A stretch of 64,000 nucleotides of DNA from Pseudomonadota bacterium (GCA_021819085.1 JAKASJ010000013.1:7107-71106); one strand, 5' to 3'; counted from the first letter of the stretch, positions 39,885-50,686 are shown. Translations and numbers: made by a program. Notes: generated by a model not told the origin, from the sequence alone.

Positions 39885-39993
39885 GAGTCTTCTCCTTGAA
39901 CCCCGGACAACAGCCCGGAGCGGTTTGGGTTCTGGCGGGGTACATCCGGCTCCCGGTTTTGGCGGGGCCGGAATACCACCGCTTCCGGATAAG

Positions 39994-40020
39994 TTATCGG
40001 AGGCTAGGAGAAAAACTTTA
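39994..40020 (-). promoter_or_regulatory. sigma28 (FliA) promoter of fliC: TAAAGTTT-N11-TCCGATAA
   Basis: Reverse complement reads TAAAGTTTttctcctagccTCCGATAA. This gives a leader of ~100 nt. Confidence 0.8.
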
Positions 40021-40126
40021 GTGCCGGGGAAAAACAGAAAACTCGGGGTATTTGTATCGTAAAATCATAATCTTGGATCATTCACTGCGGGTACATCAGG
40101 ATGCCGCGGGCCCGCCGCGTGACGTT

Positions 40127-41335
40127 TCAGCGCAGGTAATTGAATAGCGACATCCCCTGAACCTTGGCAAAGGCCTCCTGGGCTGCCTGCAGCGCAAGCT
40201 GCTCCTGGCTCAGTTGACTGATGGCCGAGGCGTAATTCAGGTCCTGGACACCGGAAAGCGTCTGCTGCAGGCCATTGCTGTAGCTCTGGTTGGTATTCTG
40301 CTGGCTGGTTACCGTATTCAGCCGCGACCCGACCTGCGCAAGCGTCTGATTGATATTGCTCAGGCCCTGATCGAGCTCGGATATCGTACGGGTGAGGCTG
40401 GTGTTGACCTGCGCCTGATCGGCCGGGCTGGCAACATTGGCACTGAGCGCGCTGACGAAATTCTGCAGCGTCGCAAACATGCTCTGATCCTGGCTCGGCG
40501 CGACCGTGAAACTGTCACCATTGGCCGGTGTGCCGCTGATACTCACCTGTGCACCATTGAAGCTGATGTTGTTGCCGCTGGTATAGGTGCCACTCGCCAC
40601 AGCACCACTCACAGCACCAGTGACGGTATAAGTGATTGGGCTAGTCGACGTCGCCTGACTGAAAGCGATGGTGTAGGTATCGGGCACGAATTTCCCGGTG
40701 GTATTGCCGGTATCTATCACACCCGAGCCCGTGTTCGACGGGCTGGCTGCCGTCACGAATGTACCGTTGCCGTTGCGCACCGCCTGGAACACCGCGCTGC
40801 CGGTGTCGCCGAAAGCAACCTGTGTGGTTGGACCGATCTGCAGATAGCGGCTGTTCTGGCCGCCGTTATAGACTATGTTTCCGGAAGGATCTGTGATGAA
40901 CGGCTGACTTTTTCCCTGGTAGCCCGCAAAGATATATTCACCGTTGGCGTCCTGCGTGTTCGCCAGCGCAACAAGCTGCTGCAGTCCCTGGCTTACCTGC
41001 TGCGCAATGGCGGCGCGCGAGCTGTTCGTCTGTGTAGCGTTGTTCGCCTGCACCGCCAGCGAGCGCAGACTCTGCAGCAGATTGGTGACACTCGTGAGCG
41101 TGCTGTCCTCCAGACTGAGGCGCGCGTTCGCCGCGCTGGCGTTGATCTGGAACTGGGCGGTCGTGGCTATGGACTGATTGAGATTCAGTATTTGGGCCGA
41201 CCCGGACGGATTGTCCGCCGGCGTCAGAATGCTCTTCCCGCTCGAAAGCTGCAGTTCGGTCTGGTTCAGCTGACTCTGCTCGGTCAGTATCGCATTGACG
41301 CTCTGGTCGTAGATCTGGCTGGTGGAGATTCGCAT
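40127..41335 (-). CDS. flgL: Hook-filament junction protein FlgL
   Basis: Flagellin-like N-terminus (MRISTSQIYDQSVNAI) and C-terminus (...LQAAQEAFAKVQGMSLFNYLR). Confidence 0.9.
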   Translation of the reverse strand: MRISTSQIYDQSVNAILTEQSQLNQTELQLSSGKSILTPADNPSGSAQILNLNQSIATTAQFQINASAANARLSLEDSTLTSVTNLLQSLRSLAVQANNATQTNSSRAAIAQQVSQGLQQLVALANTQDANGEYIFAGYQGKSQPFITDPSGNIVYNGGQNSRYLQIGPTTQVAFGDTGSAVFQAVRNGNGTFVTAASPSNTGSGVIDTGNTTGKFVPDTYTIAFSQATSTSPITYTVTGAVSGAVASGTYTSGNNISFNGAQVSISGTPANGDSFTVAPSQDQSMFATLQNFVSALSANVASPADQAQVNTSLTRTISELDQGLSNINQTLAQVGSRLNTVTSQQNTNQSYSNGLQQTLSGVQDLNYASAISQLSQEQLALQAAQEAFAKVQGMSLFNYLR

Positions 41336-41338
41336 CGA

Positions 41339-43303
41339 TCAGTGCCCCCCGACGGCCGCGAGCAGGCTCTGGAACAGCGTCGACGAAGTGGAGATCATCT
41401 GCGCCGCCGCCTGATAGGCCTGCTGGAACTGCACCAGGTTGGCCGCCTCCTGGTCAAGATTGACGCCAGATACCGAGTTTCGCTCCTGGGTCACCTGATT
41501 GAGCACCGCCTTCTGGGCGGTGCTGCTGGTATCGGCATTCTGCGTCTGAGTGCCGACATTGGCGATGAGATTACCATAGGCGCCGTTGTAACTTGCTGTC
41601 CCATTAGCCAGTGTCGATTGTGTGGCCAACCCTGCGAGTGCGAGCGCGTTGCGGTTGTCACTGACGGCATTGCTGTTATTGGAAATGACAAAGCTGTCGC
41701 CGTTGGCTGGCGCCCCGGAAATAGTAAAGGTAATGCCCCCATACCCGGGAAAACTGAACTGCTTGCCGCCGCTGTCAGTGGTGGAATTATAGGAAAGCGT
41801 GCCGCCCGGACCTCCGGTGACGTTGAACTGCTGGGTCGTGGCATCGTAGGTGAGCGTGATATCCCCGGACAGGGGCAGATTCGTGGTGTTGGTAACGCTA
41901 CCGGCGCTGATTGCACCCGTTCCCTGGTTGGTCGGCACACCGCTGGCATCGGTAGCTACAGCGGTACTGATCGGTGCCGCCGCTGCAATCTGGCCGGTAT
42001 TCGATATCGCAACACCGATGTCGGCCGCTGCAGTGCGCGTGGGCTCGATCATGAAACTATCGCCCACGGCGATGTTTCCCGCCGTGAGGCTCAAAGTGAC
42101 ACCATCGACCGTCTGGGGTGCGCCCGGAAAGGTCGTGAGATTCGTGACGCTGTTGTCAGACAGCCTTGTGAGCGTGTAGCCCGTGGCGGTACGGTCCAGG
42201 CGATAGTCGCTGGACGTAAGCGCAGAGACGTTTGTGACTGTGGCGCTGATTGTCGCCGGCGGCGATCCGGTATTGGTGCTGCTTGCAAGCACCTTCGGAC
42301 TCGAGGCGTCGATGGTATTGAAGAAATTCTGGTTGATGTTTCCGTTGAGATCCATCCCCAGACGGTTCTGGGCATTGAAACTGGACGCCAGACCGATCGC
42401 GACCTGCCCCAGGGCATTTTCAGAGGGATTAAGGACCTGATCGCGAAACGCCAGCGCACCGCCGAGCGTCCCGCCAGTGATTTGATTCGAAATAACAGTG
42501 GTCGTGCTTCCGACGGTATAACCGACCTCGGAGCGTGTCGCATCGTAGGGATTGGCGACCGCGCTGAGGGCGCTTGTGGTCGTGCCGACGACGAGCATCT
42601 GGCCGGTTCCGATAAACACGCTGACGGAGCCGTCGCTTTGCGGCAACGTTGAGACCGAGACTTGTTGCGAGAGCTGGTTGATAAGCTCGTCGCGCTGATC
42701 GAGCAGGGTGTTTGGCGACTGGCCTCCCGCTGCGCCCTGAAGTTGCTCAATCTGGCCATTCAGCTTGGCGATGGAACTGGCAAGACTGTTGATCTGATTG
42801 ACGCTAGTGCTGATCTGGGTGTTGACACCACTGTCAAGGCTGGAGAGCTGGCTGTCCAGATAGTGAAAGTTGCTTACGAGCGACTGGCCCTGGCTGAGCA
42901 TGACCTGGCGCGCGGACGTGGATGAAGGGTCGTTGGCCACTCCCTGCACGGCGCTGAAAAAGCTTTGCAGGTTGGGAGAGAGCCCCGCCTGCGGGTCAGC
43001 AAGCAGATTGCCGACCTGGGTGGCAAGCTGATAATAATTCTGCAATTGGCTGTTGGCCGAGGTGGCACTGTTCAGCTGGCCGGTGAGATACTGGTCGTAG
43101 ACCCGCTGGATGGTCGACACCTGCACGCCGGTACCGATGTAGCCGGCACCGGTGAATTGCGGAGCGCTGGGTGTGAGTTGCACACGCTCGCGGCTGTAGC
43201 CGGGCGTATTGACGTTGGCGATATTGTTGCTGACGGTCGCCATCTCCGTCTGGAACGCAAGCAGCCCCGATACCGCAGCACTGAGCATGTCTCCGCCAGC
43301 CAT
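41339..43303 (-). CDS. flgK: Hook-filament junction protein FlgK
   Basis: SGLLAFQTEMATVSNNIANVNTPGYSRE at the N-terminus, and NLDQEAANLVQFQQAYQAAAQMI at the C-terminus. The start may be Met6 (43288). Confidence 0.9.
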   Translation of the reverse strand: MAGGDMLSAAVSGLLAFQTEMATVSNNIANVNTPGYSRERVQLTPSAPQFTGAGYIGTGVQVSTIQRVYDQYLTGQLNSATSANSQLQNYYQLATQVGNLLADPQAGLSPNLQSFFSAVQGVANDPSSTSARQVMLSQGQSLVSNFHYLDSQLSSLDSGVNTQISTSVNQINSLASSIAKLNGQIEQLQGAAGGQSPNTLLDQRDELINQLSQQVSVSTLPQSDGSVSVFIGTGQMLVVGTTTSALSAVANPYDATRSEVGYTVGSTTTVISNQITGGTLGGALAFRDQVLNPSENALGQVAIGLASSFNAQNRLGMDLNGNINQNFFNTIDASSPKVLASSTNTGSPPATISATVTNVSALTSSDYRLDRTATGYTLTRLSDNSVTNLTTFPGAPQTVDGVTLSLTAGNIAVGDSFMIEPTRTAAADIGVAISNTGQIAAAAPISTAVATDASGVPTNQGTGAISAGSVTNTTNLPLSGDITLTYDATTQQFNVTGGPGGTLSYNSTTDSGGKQFSFPGYGGITFTISGAPANGDSFVISNNSNAVSDNRNALALAGLATQSTLANGTASYNGAYGNLIANVGTQTQNADTSSTAQKAVLNQVTQERNSVSGVNLDQEAANLVQFQQAYQAAAQMISTSSTLFQSLLAAVGGH

Positions 43304-43380
43304 AGATCATACTCCTGTGGCAGCAACGTCAGACGCTGCTGCGTGGGTCGGTTTGCGGAAGCAGTACATTTCTGGGTTCC

Positions 43381-44253
43381 TCATCCTTTTATCGGCATTT
43401 TCCCGGTCGACTTTAGGCTGGCAATCGCGTTGCGCAGCGTCCCTCCGGACAATACCGCCTGAATTTCGCGGGCATAGCCGGGATCCGTGGCGTAGCCGGC
43501 CTTTTGCAGCGCGTCGACGAAGGCGGCCGGATCATTGGCACTCTTCAGCGCCTGCGTATAGCGCGGATTGGTCTTCAAAAACTGCACATAGTCACTGAAA
43601 CTCTGCGCGTAGGAACCGTACACGCGGAACGCGGCCGCGCCCCGCTTTGCCACACCGTCCACATACTCGAGCGTCGGTACAGTGGCGCTAGGTCCGCTCC
43701 AGCTTGCATCGGCCTTGATGCCGAAGAGATTGTAGCTGGAGGTACCATCTGGCATCTGCGCAATCGATTGCCCCCAGCCGGTTTCGTGCGCTGCCTGTGC
43801 AAGCAGCACGGCCGCAGACACGCCGACCGCGCGCGCGGCATGTACGGCCTCGGGCCACAGTGTGCGCACGAATTTCCGGGGGTCCGCCGCCGAAAACGAG
43901 GCCGCATTCGTTTTTGTTGGTGCCTCTGGCTTGCCCGAGCTCTGCGCCGCACCGCCGAGCTGCTTGACCAGCATGTCTGCCAGACCCAGACCGCGTCCTT
44001 GAGAAAGAAGAAGCGCAAGCTGATTGTCATAAAGGTCCTGGTAGAAACTGACCTGCTTTCCGCCGAACAGTGGATCGCCGAAATTCGCCTTGCGCATGCT
44101 CTTGAGCATCATCTGCGTAAACAGGGCCTCGAACTGGCTAGCCACCTCGCGCAGATTCTGCTTGGTGTCGCCATCCCGCCTGACGGCCGCACTCAACTGA
44201 TCCAGGCCCTGCAGGTTGGTGTAGACGCTTGCGTCGGGTATCGAATCAACCAT
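43381..44253 (-). CDS. flgJ: Rod-binding / peptidoglycan hydrolase FlgJ
   Basis: N-terminal rod-binding domain (FEALFTQMMLKSMR) and a C-terminal glucosaminidase domain (LLAQAAHETGWGQS...YNLFGIK...YATDPGYA). Confidence 0.9.
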   Translation of the reverse strand: MVDSIPDASVYTNLQGLDQLSAAVRRDGDTKQNLREVASQFEALFTQMMLKSMRKANFGDPLFGGKQVSFYQDLYDNQLALLLSQGRGLGLADMLVKQLGGAAQSSGKPEAPTKTNAASFSAADPRKFVRTLWPEAVHAARAVGVSAAVLLAQAAHETGWGQSIAQMPDGTSSYNLFGIKADASWSGPSATVPTLEYVDGVAKRGAAAFRVYGSYAQSFSDYVQFLKTNPRYTQALKSANDPAAFVDALQKAGYATDPGYAREIQAVLSGGTLRNAIASLKSTGKMPIKG

Positions 44254-44327
44254 GGTCTTAGCGATGTCCTTTCTGGTCTGTTTCAGCGCATTCGCAGCGG
44301 GTGATCATCCGTAAGCAGCCGCTGGTG

Positions 44328-45437
44328 CTAGATGACAATCAGCTGGGCACGCAAAGCGCCGGAAGCGTGCAAAGCCTCCAGGATCGCCACAAGGTCGCCA
44401 GGCGCCGCACCAACCTGGTTCACGGCGCGAACAATCGAGGCCAGTGACACTCCGGGCTTGAACAGAAACATACGCTTGCCTTGCTGCGTCGCCTTCACTT
44501 CGGATCTAGGCACCACCGTGGTAGTACCGCCGGACAGAGGCGCCGGCTGGCTTACCAGCGGGCGTTCGGTGATGGTGACAGTCAGATCTCCATGCGCAAC
44601 CGCGGCTGCGGTGACGCGCACATGCTGACCGATGACAATAGTACCGGTTCGGGCATTGATGATGACGCGCGCCGGTGGAGACGCCGGGCGGAGCTTCAGG
44701 TTCTCTATAACGGAAACGAACGCGACCCGCTGTGCCACGTTCACCGGTGCCTGAACCCGCACTGAGTCGCCATCCAGCGGGATCGCCGTTCCGGGACCGA
44801 TCGCAGTGTTGATCGCCTGGGACATGCGTTCCGCAGTGGTGAAATCGGCGGTATTGAGGTCTAGCGTAAGGCTGTCGCCCAGCGCGAAGCCGTTCGGAAC
44901 GGCACGCTCAACCGTCGCCCCACCGGGTATGGTGCCGGCACTCGGGATATTGACCACGATTTTCGATCCGTCCTTGCCCGACGCGCTGAACCCCCCTACC
45001 ACCAGGTTGCCCTGCGCGATGGCGTAGACCCTGCCGTCGGCGCCCTTCAGCGGGGTCATCAGGAGACTGCCCCCACGCAGGCTGGTGGCATTGCCGATCG
45101 ACGACACGGTGACATCGATGAACTGGCCCGGCTTTGCGAAGGGCGGCAGCTCCGCGTCCACCACCACCGCGGCGACATTCTTGAGCTGTGGATTGACGTT
45201 GGCTGGAACGTTCACGCCGAAGCGCGCGAGCATGCTTTCCAGACTCTGGGTCGTAAACGGTGTCTGTGTGGTCTGGTCACCAGTCCCGTCCAGGCCCACC
45301 ACCAGCCCGTAACCAATCAGATGATTGCTTCGGACCCCTGCGAGCGTCGTCAGGTCCTTTATGCGATCGGCATACGCGCTGCCGGCCACCGTGAACAGCA
45401 GCGCAGCGATCAGTGCCCTTACGATACCTTTATGCAT
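44328..45437 (-). CDS. flgI: P-ring protein FlgI
   Basis: Signal peptide, then [30 protein letters not shown]. Confidence 0.95.
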   Translation of the reverse strand: MHKGIVRALIAALLFTVAGSAYADRIKDLTTLAGVRSNHLIGYGLVVGLDGTGDQTTQTPFTTQSLESMLARFGVNVPANVNPQLKNVAAVVVDAELPPFAKPGQFIDVTVSSIGNATSLRGGSLLMTPLKGADGRVYAIAQGNLVVGGFSASGKDGSKIVVNIPSAGTIPGGATVERAVPNGFALGDSLTLDLNTADFTTAERMSQAINTAIGPGTAIPLDGDSVRVQAPVNVAQRVAFVSVIENLKLRPASPPARVIINARTGTIVIGQHVRVTAAAVAHGDLTVTITERPLVSQPAPLSGGTTTVVPRSEVKATQQGKRMFLFKPGVSLASIVRAVNQVGAAPGDLVAILEALHASGALRAQLIVI

Positions 45438-45478
45438 TGCCGTATCCCTGTCTGTCCGCAGTCACTCGCCACTGATTC

Positions 45479-46177
45479 CTAGAACGGCCACCAACTGCTG
45501 TTGAAAAAGCGCGCTAGCCAGCCCATGGAGTTGGAATCCGCCAATGCGCCGGTTCCGGTATACACGATCCGCGCGTCTGCCACCTTGGTCGACACCACCG
45601 AGTCGTCATACTGGATATCCTGAGGCCGCACGATTCCGGTAATACGGATTTTTTCCGTGCCCTGATTGAGCGTGAGCAACTTCTCGCCGCTGATCACGAG
45701 GTTTCCGTTCGGCAAAACCTGGGCCACGGTAACCGAGATGTTTCCGGTCAGCGTGTTGTCTTGGCTGCTATCGCCCTGACCACTGAATTTCTGGCTGTCA
45801 TTGATGCCCGTGTTGAATATGTCCTGCCCATTGTGCGTGACTGCACCTCCCAATATCGTCGGGGTCGGCAGGTCGACGGTGGTGTCCTTCTTGGTGTCGG
45901 TGGTCGCATTCTTGCTTGCACTGGTACTTTCGAGGAGCACTACTGTGAGCACATCGCCGACACGATGCGCCCGGGTATCGGCGAACAGATCCATGCCCTG
46001 TCCCGGCTGGTAGATCGCACCAGGATCGCGGTTCGCCGCGGATTGGGTTGGCACCGTTGCCGCATAGTCCGGCGGCCTGCCCGGCGCCGTGGCACAACCG
46101 GCAAGCGTCGCCAGTCCCAGAAATACCGCAATCAGTCCGCGTCTCGTCATGACTGCCACCGGCTCATTTTTTCGCAT
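45479..46177 (-). CDS. flgH: L-ring lipoprotein FlgH
   Basis: Lipobox LATLAGC, and DTRAHRVGDVLTVVLLESTSASK. Confidence 0.9.
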   Translation of the reverse strand: MRKNEPVAVMTRRGLIAVFLGLATLAGCATAPGRPPDYAATVPTQSAANRDPGAIYQPGQGMDLFADTRAHRVGDVLTVVLLESTSASKNATTDTKKDTTVDLPTPTILGGAVTHNGQDIFNTGINDSQKFSGQGDSSQDNTLTGNISVTVAQVLPNGNLVISGEKLLTLNQGTEKIRITGIVRPQDIQYDDSVVSTKVADARIVYTGTGALADSNSMGWLARFFNSSWWPF

Positions 46178-46184
46178 CGCCGCA

Positions 46185-46970
46185 TCAGAGGTTGCTGGTC
46201 AGGAACTGAAGCATCTGCGAACTGGTGGAGATCGCCTTGGAATTCATTTCGTATGCGCGCTGGGTCTCGATCATGTCGACCATCTCCTGAACCACATTGA
46301 CGTTCGAGCTCTCTACCGAACCTTGCACCAGCGTGCCAAGACCATTGAGTCCGGGCGTACCAGTCTGGGGTGTGCCGCTCGCAGCGGTCTGCTGGTAGAG
46401 GTTGCTGCCCATAGGCTCGAGCCCCGGAGGGTTGATGAAGTTTGCCAACTGCAGGCTGCCGAGCTGATTGGGCGTGGCGCTGCCCGCGATCTGGGCCGAC
46501 ACCGTACCGTCGGAGCCGATAGTGATACTCTGGGTATTGGGCGGTATGGTAATTGCGGGTTGCACCACGTAGCCGCTGGAGGTAACCAGCTGCCCCTGGG
46601 AATTGACCTGCAGCGTGCCGTCCCGAGTGTAGGCCAGGGTCCCATCCGGCTGCAGAACCTGCAGGAAACCGCTGCCACTTATCGCGACATCGAGCGGATT
46701 GCCCGTCTGGACCAGGTTGCCCTGGGTAAACAGCTTTTCCGTGGCAACTGGCCGCACGCCGGTGCCGAGCATAAGACCCGAGGGAAGCTGGGTGTTCTGC
46801 GTCGACTGCGCGCCGGGCTGGCGTACAGTCTGGTAAAGCAGATCCTCGAAAACTGCACGGTCACGTTTGAAACCGGTGGTATTGACGTTGGCCAGATTGT
46901 TGGCAATTACTGCCATGCGCATCTGCTGCGCATCCAGACCAGTTTTCGCTATCCAGAGTGCCGGATCCAT
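46185..46970 (-). CDS. flgG: Distal rod protein FlgG
   Basis: [38 protein letters not shown] ... [23 protein letters not shown]. Confidence 0.95.
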   Translation of the reverse strand: MDPALWIAKTGLDAQQMRMAVIANNLANVNTTGFKRDRAVFEDLLYQTVRQPGAQSTQNTQLPSGLMLGTGVRPVATEKLFTQGNLVQTGNPLDVAISGSGFLQVLQPDGTLAYTRDGTLQVNSQGQLVTSSGYVVQPAITIPPNTQSITIGSDGTVSAQIAGSATPNQLGSLQLANFINPPGLEPMGSNLYQQTAASGTPQTGTPGLNGLGTLVQGSVESSNVNVVQEMVDMIETQRAYEMNSKAISTSSQMLQFLTSNL

Positions 46971-47093
46971 TTTGGTTCCTCGCTTTGATTCAGTGACAGT
47001 TTACGAACTGCGTTCGGCACAGTCCCGGGACAACGACATCGGCCGTTTTGCTCCGAATCCTGTGCAGTTTTCGACTTTATTCACGATCGGTTC

Positions 47094-47831
47094 TCACAGA
47101 GTCATGAGCTGCGCAGCGCTCGAGTCATTTTGCTTGGTCGCATGCATCATCTTGACCTGCATCTCAAACTGGCGCGCCAGTGCAATCATATTGACCATCG
47201 CATCCACGACGTTTACGTTACTGGACTCGATACTGCCAGTGACCAGATGCACGCTGGCGTCGGCTGGTGCACTGCCCCCGTTTTGCAGACGGATCAGGCC
47301 GTCACTGCCCTTCACGAGGCTGCCAACGGGCGGATCAACCAGCTTGATGCGATCGATGACAGCAATGGCGTCGGGCGTCTCCCCCGTAGGCAGCACCGAG
47401 ATCGTGCCGTCCGAGCCGATCGTGATCTTTTGCGACGGCGGGATTGCAATCGGGCCACTGTTGCCGATCACCGGGTAGCCTGCGCCGGTCGTAAGCATTC
47501 CGTTCGCAGAGATCTGCAGATTTCCGGCACGGGTATAGGCCTCGCTTCCGTCCGGTGCCTGCACGGCGATAAAACCGTTTCCATTGATGGCAACATCCAG
47601 GGGACGGCCCGTGGACCTGATGATGCCGGGCTTGAAGTCCACCCCGGCGCGCTCCTGCATCGCATAGACCCGGGTCGGATATCCCGGGCCGTAAACCGGC
47701 ATCGAGCGAAACGCCTCGAGGTCGCCAAGAAATCCGACTGTGTCCGCGTTCGCCAGGTTGTTGTCGTTCGCCGACTCCGCCAGCATGGTCTGGCTGGCGC
47801 CATTCATCGCGACATAGAGCATATGGTCCAT
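47094..47831 (-). CDS. flgF: Proximal rod protein FlgF
   Basis: MDHMLYVAMNGASQTM...NNLANADTVGF ... [23 protein letters not shown]. Confidence 0.9.
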   Translation of the reverse strand: MDHMLYVAMNGASQTMLAESANDNNLANADTVGFLGDLEAFRSMPVYGPGYPTRVYAMQERAGVDFKPGIIRSTGRPLDVAINGNGFIAVQAPDGSEAYTRAGNLQISANGMLTTGAGYPVIGNSGPIAIPPSQKITIGSDGTISVLPTGETPDAIAVIDRIKLVDPPVGSLVKGSDGLIRLQNGGSAPADASVHLVTGSIESSNVNVVDAMVNMIALARQFEMQVKMMHATKQNDSSAAQLMTL

Positions 47832-47856
47832 AGTCTGATTCCTTCAAGCCGCCGCA

Positions 47857-49080
47857 TTAGCGCATGTTTATGATGGTCTGGTCTATGGTGCTCTGAGTGG
47901 TGATAGTCTTTGCGTTCGCTTCGAAATTGCGCTGCGCCGTGATCATGTCCACCAGTTGCTGGGTCAGGTTTACGTTTGACTGCTCCAGCGCTCCGGACTG
48001 AATGGCGCCGAGGCTTGCGGTTCCTGGTGCGCCAGTCAATGCGACACCGGAACTGGCGGTCTCCGCCCAGGTGGTGTTACCGAGCGGATTCAGTCCCTGT
48101 GGGTTGGCGAAGTTGGTGAGCACCACCTGTCCCTGAGCACGGGACTGGCTGTTGCTGTACTTCGCATATACCACCCCCGTACTGTCGATACTCACTCCGG
48201 TCAGCTGTCCGGTCGTGTAGCCATCCTGGGTCAGAGAATTGACACCGAACGAACTGCCGAACTGGGTGGACTGGCCATAATCCAGCGCCAGCGTCATGTT
48301 GGCTGCGCCGCTGCCGGGACTGAATGATGGGTAGTTGATAGCCGATGGCGGCACTGCCACGCCATTTACAGTGGCAAGTGCCCCGCTCGGCGTAAATCCC
48401 AGCGCATCCGGACCGCCACGCTGCACACCATCCACGTATAGATAGGTGTTCCAAGTGTTGGCTGCGGTTTTGACGTAGTACATCGTCGCTAGGTGCGTCG
48501 TACCCAGCGAGTCATATACGGTCGTCGATGTGGCATTGTTGTAGGTCGCCGAGTTGGTCGGGTCGAATGCCAGGGTCGGCGCGGTGTCGGCCGCGTTCAG
48601 GTTGACACCGACCGTCACATTCTGCGTGGCCTGAGGCGCGATATCGGCGGTATTGATCTGCAAATCACCCAGAGCGCCGGTAATATTTCCTGACGTATCC
48701 GCAAGATACCCGGTGAGATGCTGGCCATCGCTGGAAGTTATGTAACCCTGGCTGTTCACGCCGAAGGCGCCAGCTCGCGTATAGTCAATGCTGCCGTTGT
48801 TGCTCAGACGGAAAAAGCCCTGGCCGTTGATCGCAAGATCCAGGTTGTTGTTGGTGGTGCTGATGTTTCCCTGGGTAAACTGCTGGGCAACTGCCGCCAA
48901 TTGCACCCCGCTTCCGATCGTAGTGCCACCGGTACCAAAAGTCGAAGCCGGGTAAACATCTGAAAATTCGGCACGAGACAACTTGAAACCCGTAGTGCTC
49001 GCATTGGCAATGTTGTTGCCGATCGTGTTTAGATCCGAAGTAGCAGCGTTGAGCCCGCTGATTGCTGAACCGAATGCCAT
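47857..49080 (-). CDS. flgE: Hook protein FlgE
   Basis: MAFGSAISGLNAATSDLNTIGNNIANASTTGFK ... LEQSNVNLTQQLVDMITAQRNFEANAK. Confidence 0.9.
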   Translation of the reverse strand: MAFGSAISGLNAATSDLNTIGNNIANASTTGFKLSRAEFSDVYPASTFGTGGTTIGSGVQLAAVAQQFTQGNISTTNNNLDLAINGQGFFRLSNNGSIDYTRAGAFGVNSQGYITSSDGQHLTGYLADTSGNITGALGDLQINTADIAPQATQNVTVGVNLNAADTAPTLAFDPTNSATYNNATSTTVYDSLGTTHLATMYYVKTAANTWNTYLYVDGVQRGGPDALGFTPSGALATVNGVAVPPSAINYPSFSPGSGAANMTLALDYGQSTQFGSSFGVNSLTQDGYTTGQLTGVSIDSTGVVYAKYSNSQSRAQGQVVLTNFANPQGLNPLGNTTWAETASSGVALTGAPGTASLGAIQSGALEQSNVNLTQQLVDMITAQRNFEANAKTITTQSTIDQTIINMR

Positions 49081-49110
49081 GGGAGTTCTCCTTGGTGTGC
49101 TGCGTGCCGG

Positions 49111-49815
49111 TTATGAGATCTGGGTAACGGCGCTGAGGGGCACGGACCCCATGCCGGACAGGTTCAGCATGATCCCCTGGCTTCCGCCGAGACTGACGCT
49201 GTCTACATTAGCCGCGATCAGGGTGTTGGCCGCGACGGTTGAGCTGCCGTTTATGACGTTGGCCTTGATCTGATAGGTGCCTGCGGGCATGAGCACACCA
49301 TTGCTATTTTGGCCGTTCCAGGAAAACGGCACCTGGCCAGCCGCCTGCGGCCCGAGGTCCACGCTGTTCACCAGCTGTCCACTGCTGTCATAGACGCCTA
49401 CTACGACGTCGCTTGCGGCGGAGCTGAGGTCGACCGCCCCCGATATGCTGCCGCCGGCGGACAGACTGCCGGCAGACCCCGGCGCGAGCACCGAATGCCC
49501 CACCAGACTCGTCGCCATAAGTGCCTGGTTCGACTGCATCGAGCTGGTGAACTGGCTGAACGACGACTGCAGTCCCTGGATGCCGCTGACTGTGCCGAAT
49601 TGGGCAAGCTGCCCCAGGAAATTCCCGCTTTGTATGGGCTGCGTCGGATCCTGATTCTGTAGCTGGGCAACCATCAGTTGCAGGAACTGCTGTTCTCCGA
49701 GAGCGCCGGAAATGTCAGTCGAGGGCGTGCTGCTGCTGGTGCTGGCGGACTGGGGCTGCGTCAGCCCCAGGTTCGCCAGGATGCTGCTATTCGTATTGAC
49801 GGTGCTCATCGGCAT
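49111..49815 (-). CDS. flgD: Hook cap/scaffold protein FlgD
   Basis: EQQFLQLMVAQLQNQDPTQP signature and a C-terminal FlgD Ig-like region. Confidence 0.85.
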   Translation of the reverse strand: MPMSTVNTNSSILANLGLTQPQSASTSSSTPSTDISGALGEQQFLQLMVAQLQNQDPTQPIQSGNFLGQLAQFGTVSGIQGLQSSFSQFTSSMQSNQALMATSLVGHSVLAPGSAGSLSAGGSISGAVDLSSAASDVVVGVYDSSGQLVNSVDLGPQAAGQVPFSWNGQNSNGVLMPAGTYQIKANVINGSSTVAANTLIAANVDSVSLGGSQGIMLNLSGMGSVPLSAVTQIS

Positions 49816-49839
49816 TTTTCCTCATTGCTTCGCGGCGGA

Positions 49840-50253
49840 TCATTGACCCAGAGTCAGGGTCTTGAGCAGCAGCGCCTTGCTGGTGTTGATGACGTCGACA
49901 TTGCTCTGGTAAGACTGGGAGGCAGAAATCATGTCGGCCATCTGCTCGACCACGTTTACGTTCGGAAGATGGATATAGCCGTTCTTGTCGGCCAACGGAT
50001 TATTCGGGGCATACTCAGAGCGCAGCGGCGCCTGACTTTGCACGACCCCGAGCACGCGTACACCTTCGGCGCTAGCCTGCGGCGCGAGCGAATTTGCCAT
50101 GGCCGCGAACACCGGATAACGCGCCCGATAGGTCTGCCCGGTACTGCTGGCGGCGCTGTCAGCATTTGCCAAATTACTCGCCGTAAGATTGAGCCGCACC
50201 GACTCGGCGCTCATGCCGGACCCGGCGATGTTGAAGACATTGAACATGGACAT
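49840..50253 (-). CDS. flgC: Proximal rod protein FlgC
   Basis: MSMFNVFNIAGSGMSAESVRLNLTASNLANADS ... LPNVNVVEQMADMISASQSYQSN. Confidence 0.95.
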   Translation of the reverse strand: MSMFNVFNIAGSGMSAESVRLNLTASNLANADSAASSTGQTYRARYPVFAAMANSLAPQASAEGVRVLGVVQSQAPLRSEYAPNNPLADKNGYIHLPNVNVVEQMADMISASQSYQSNVDVINTSKALLLKTLTLGQ

Positions 50254-50256
50254 GGC

Positions 50257-50649
50257 TTAGTTTCCCGTAATTGCGGTCATTAGGGTCTTGATCCGGTCGG
50301 TGAGAAAAGTAAGGCCCGCCTCGTACTGCAAGGCGTTGCGACCGAATTCGGCGTATTGCGCCTGGGTGTCAACCGTGTTGCCGTCGACGGTAGGCTGGAT
50401 GGGAACGCGGTATAGCAACGGAACGTTAGCCTGAGCGGCGGCCGGCTGCATCTGTCCGGAGTCGGCGGTCTCCAGCGCGAGCGTATTGCCCTGGGCACCG
50501 GCAAGCGCCGAACTGAAGTCGATGTCGCGCGCCTTGTATCCGGGTGTATCCGCATTGGCGAGATTCGATGCCAGAATCTGCGCCCTCTGGGAACCCAGAC
50601 TCAGCGCCATGGGCAGTATTCCCAAAGCTTGATTGATGCTTATCGGCAT
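50257..50649 (-). CDS. flgB: Proximal rod protein FlgB
   Basis: MPISINQALG...RAQILASNLANADTPGYKARD. Start moved to the ATG at 50649 because the ORF-track TTG at 50691 lies inside the sigma54 promoter. Confidence 0.9.
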   Translation of the reverse strand: MPISINQALGILPMALSLGSQRAQILASNLANADTPGYKARDIDFSSALAGAQGNTLALETADSGQMQPAAAQANVPLLYRVPIQPTVDGNTVDTQAQYAEFGRNALQYEAGLTFLTDRIKTLMTAITGN

Positions 50650-50686
50650 ATGCACGCTCCAACTTGAATCTTCTGCGTGAGCATTA

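Noticed and set aside
40214-42652. An 812-aa plus-strand ORF, with similar long ORFs at 8180..9670, 3922..5220, 11684..12952, 31201..32244 and 27306..28265.
   Set aside because: All are antisense to well-supported flagellar or che genes. They have Arg/Gly/His-rich, low-complexity translations typical of open antisense frames in high-GC DNA, and show no motifs.
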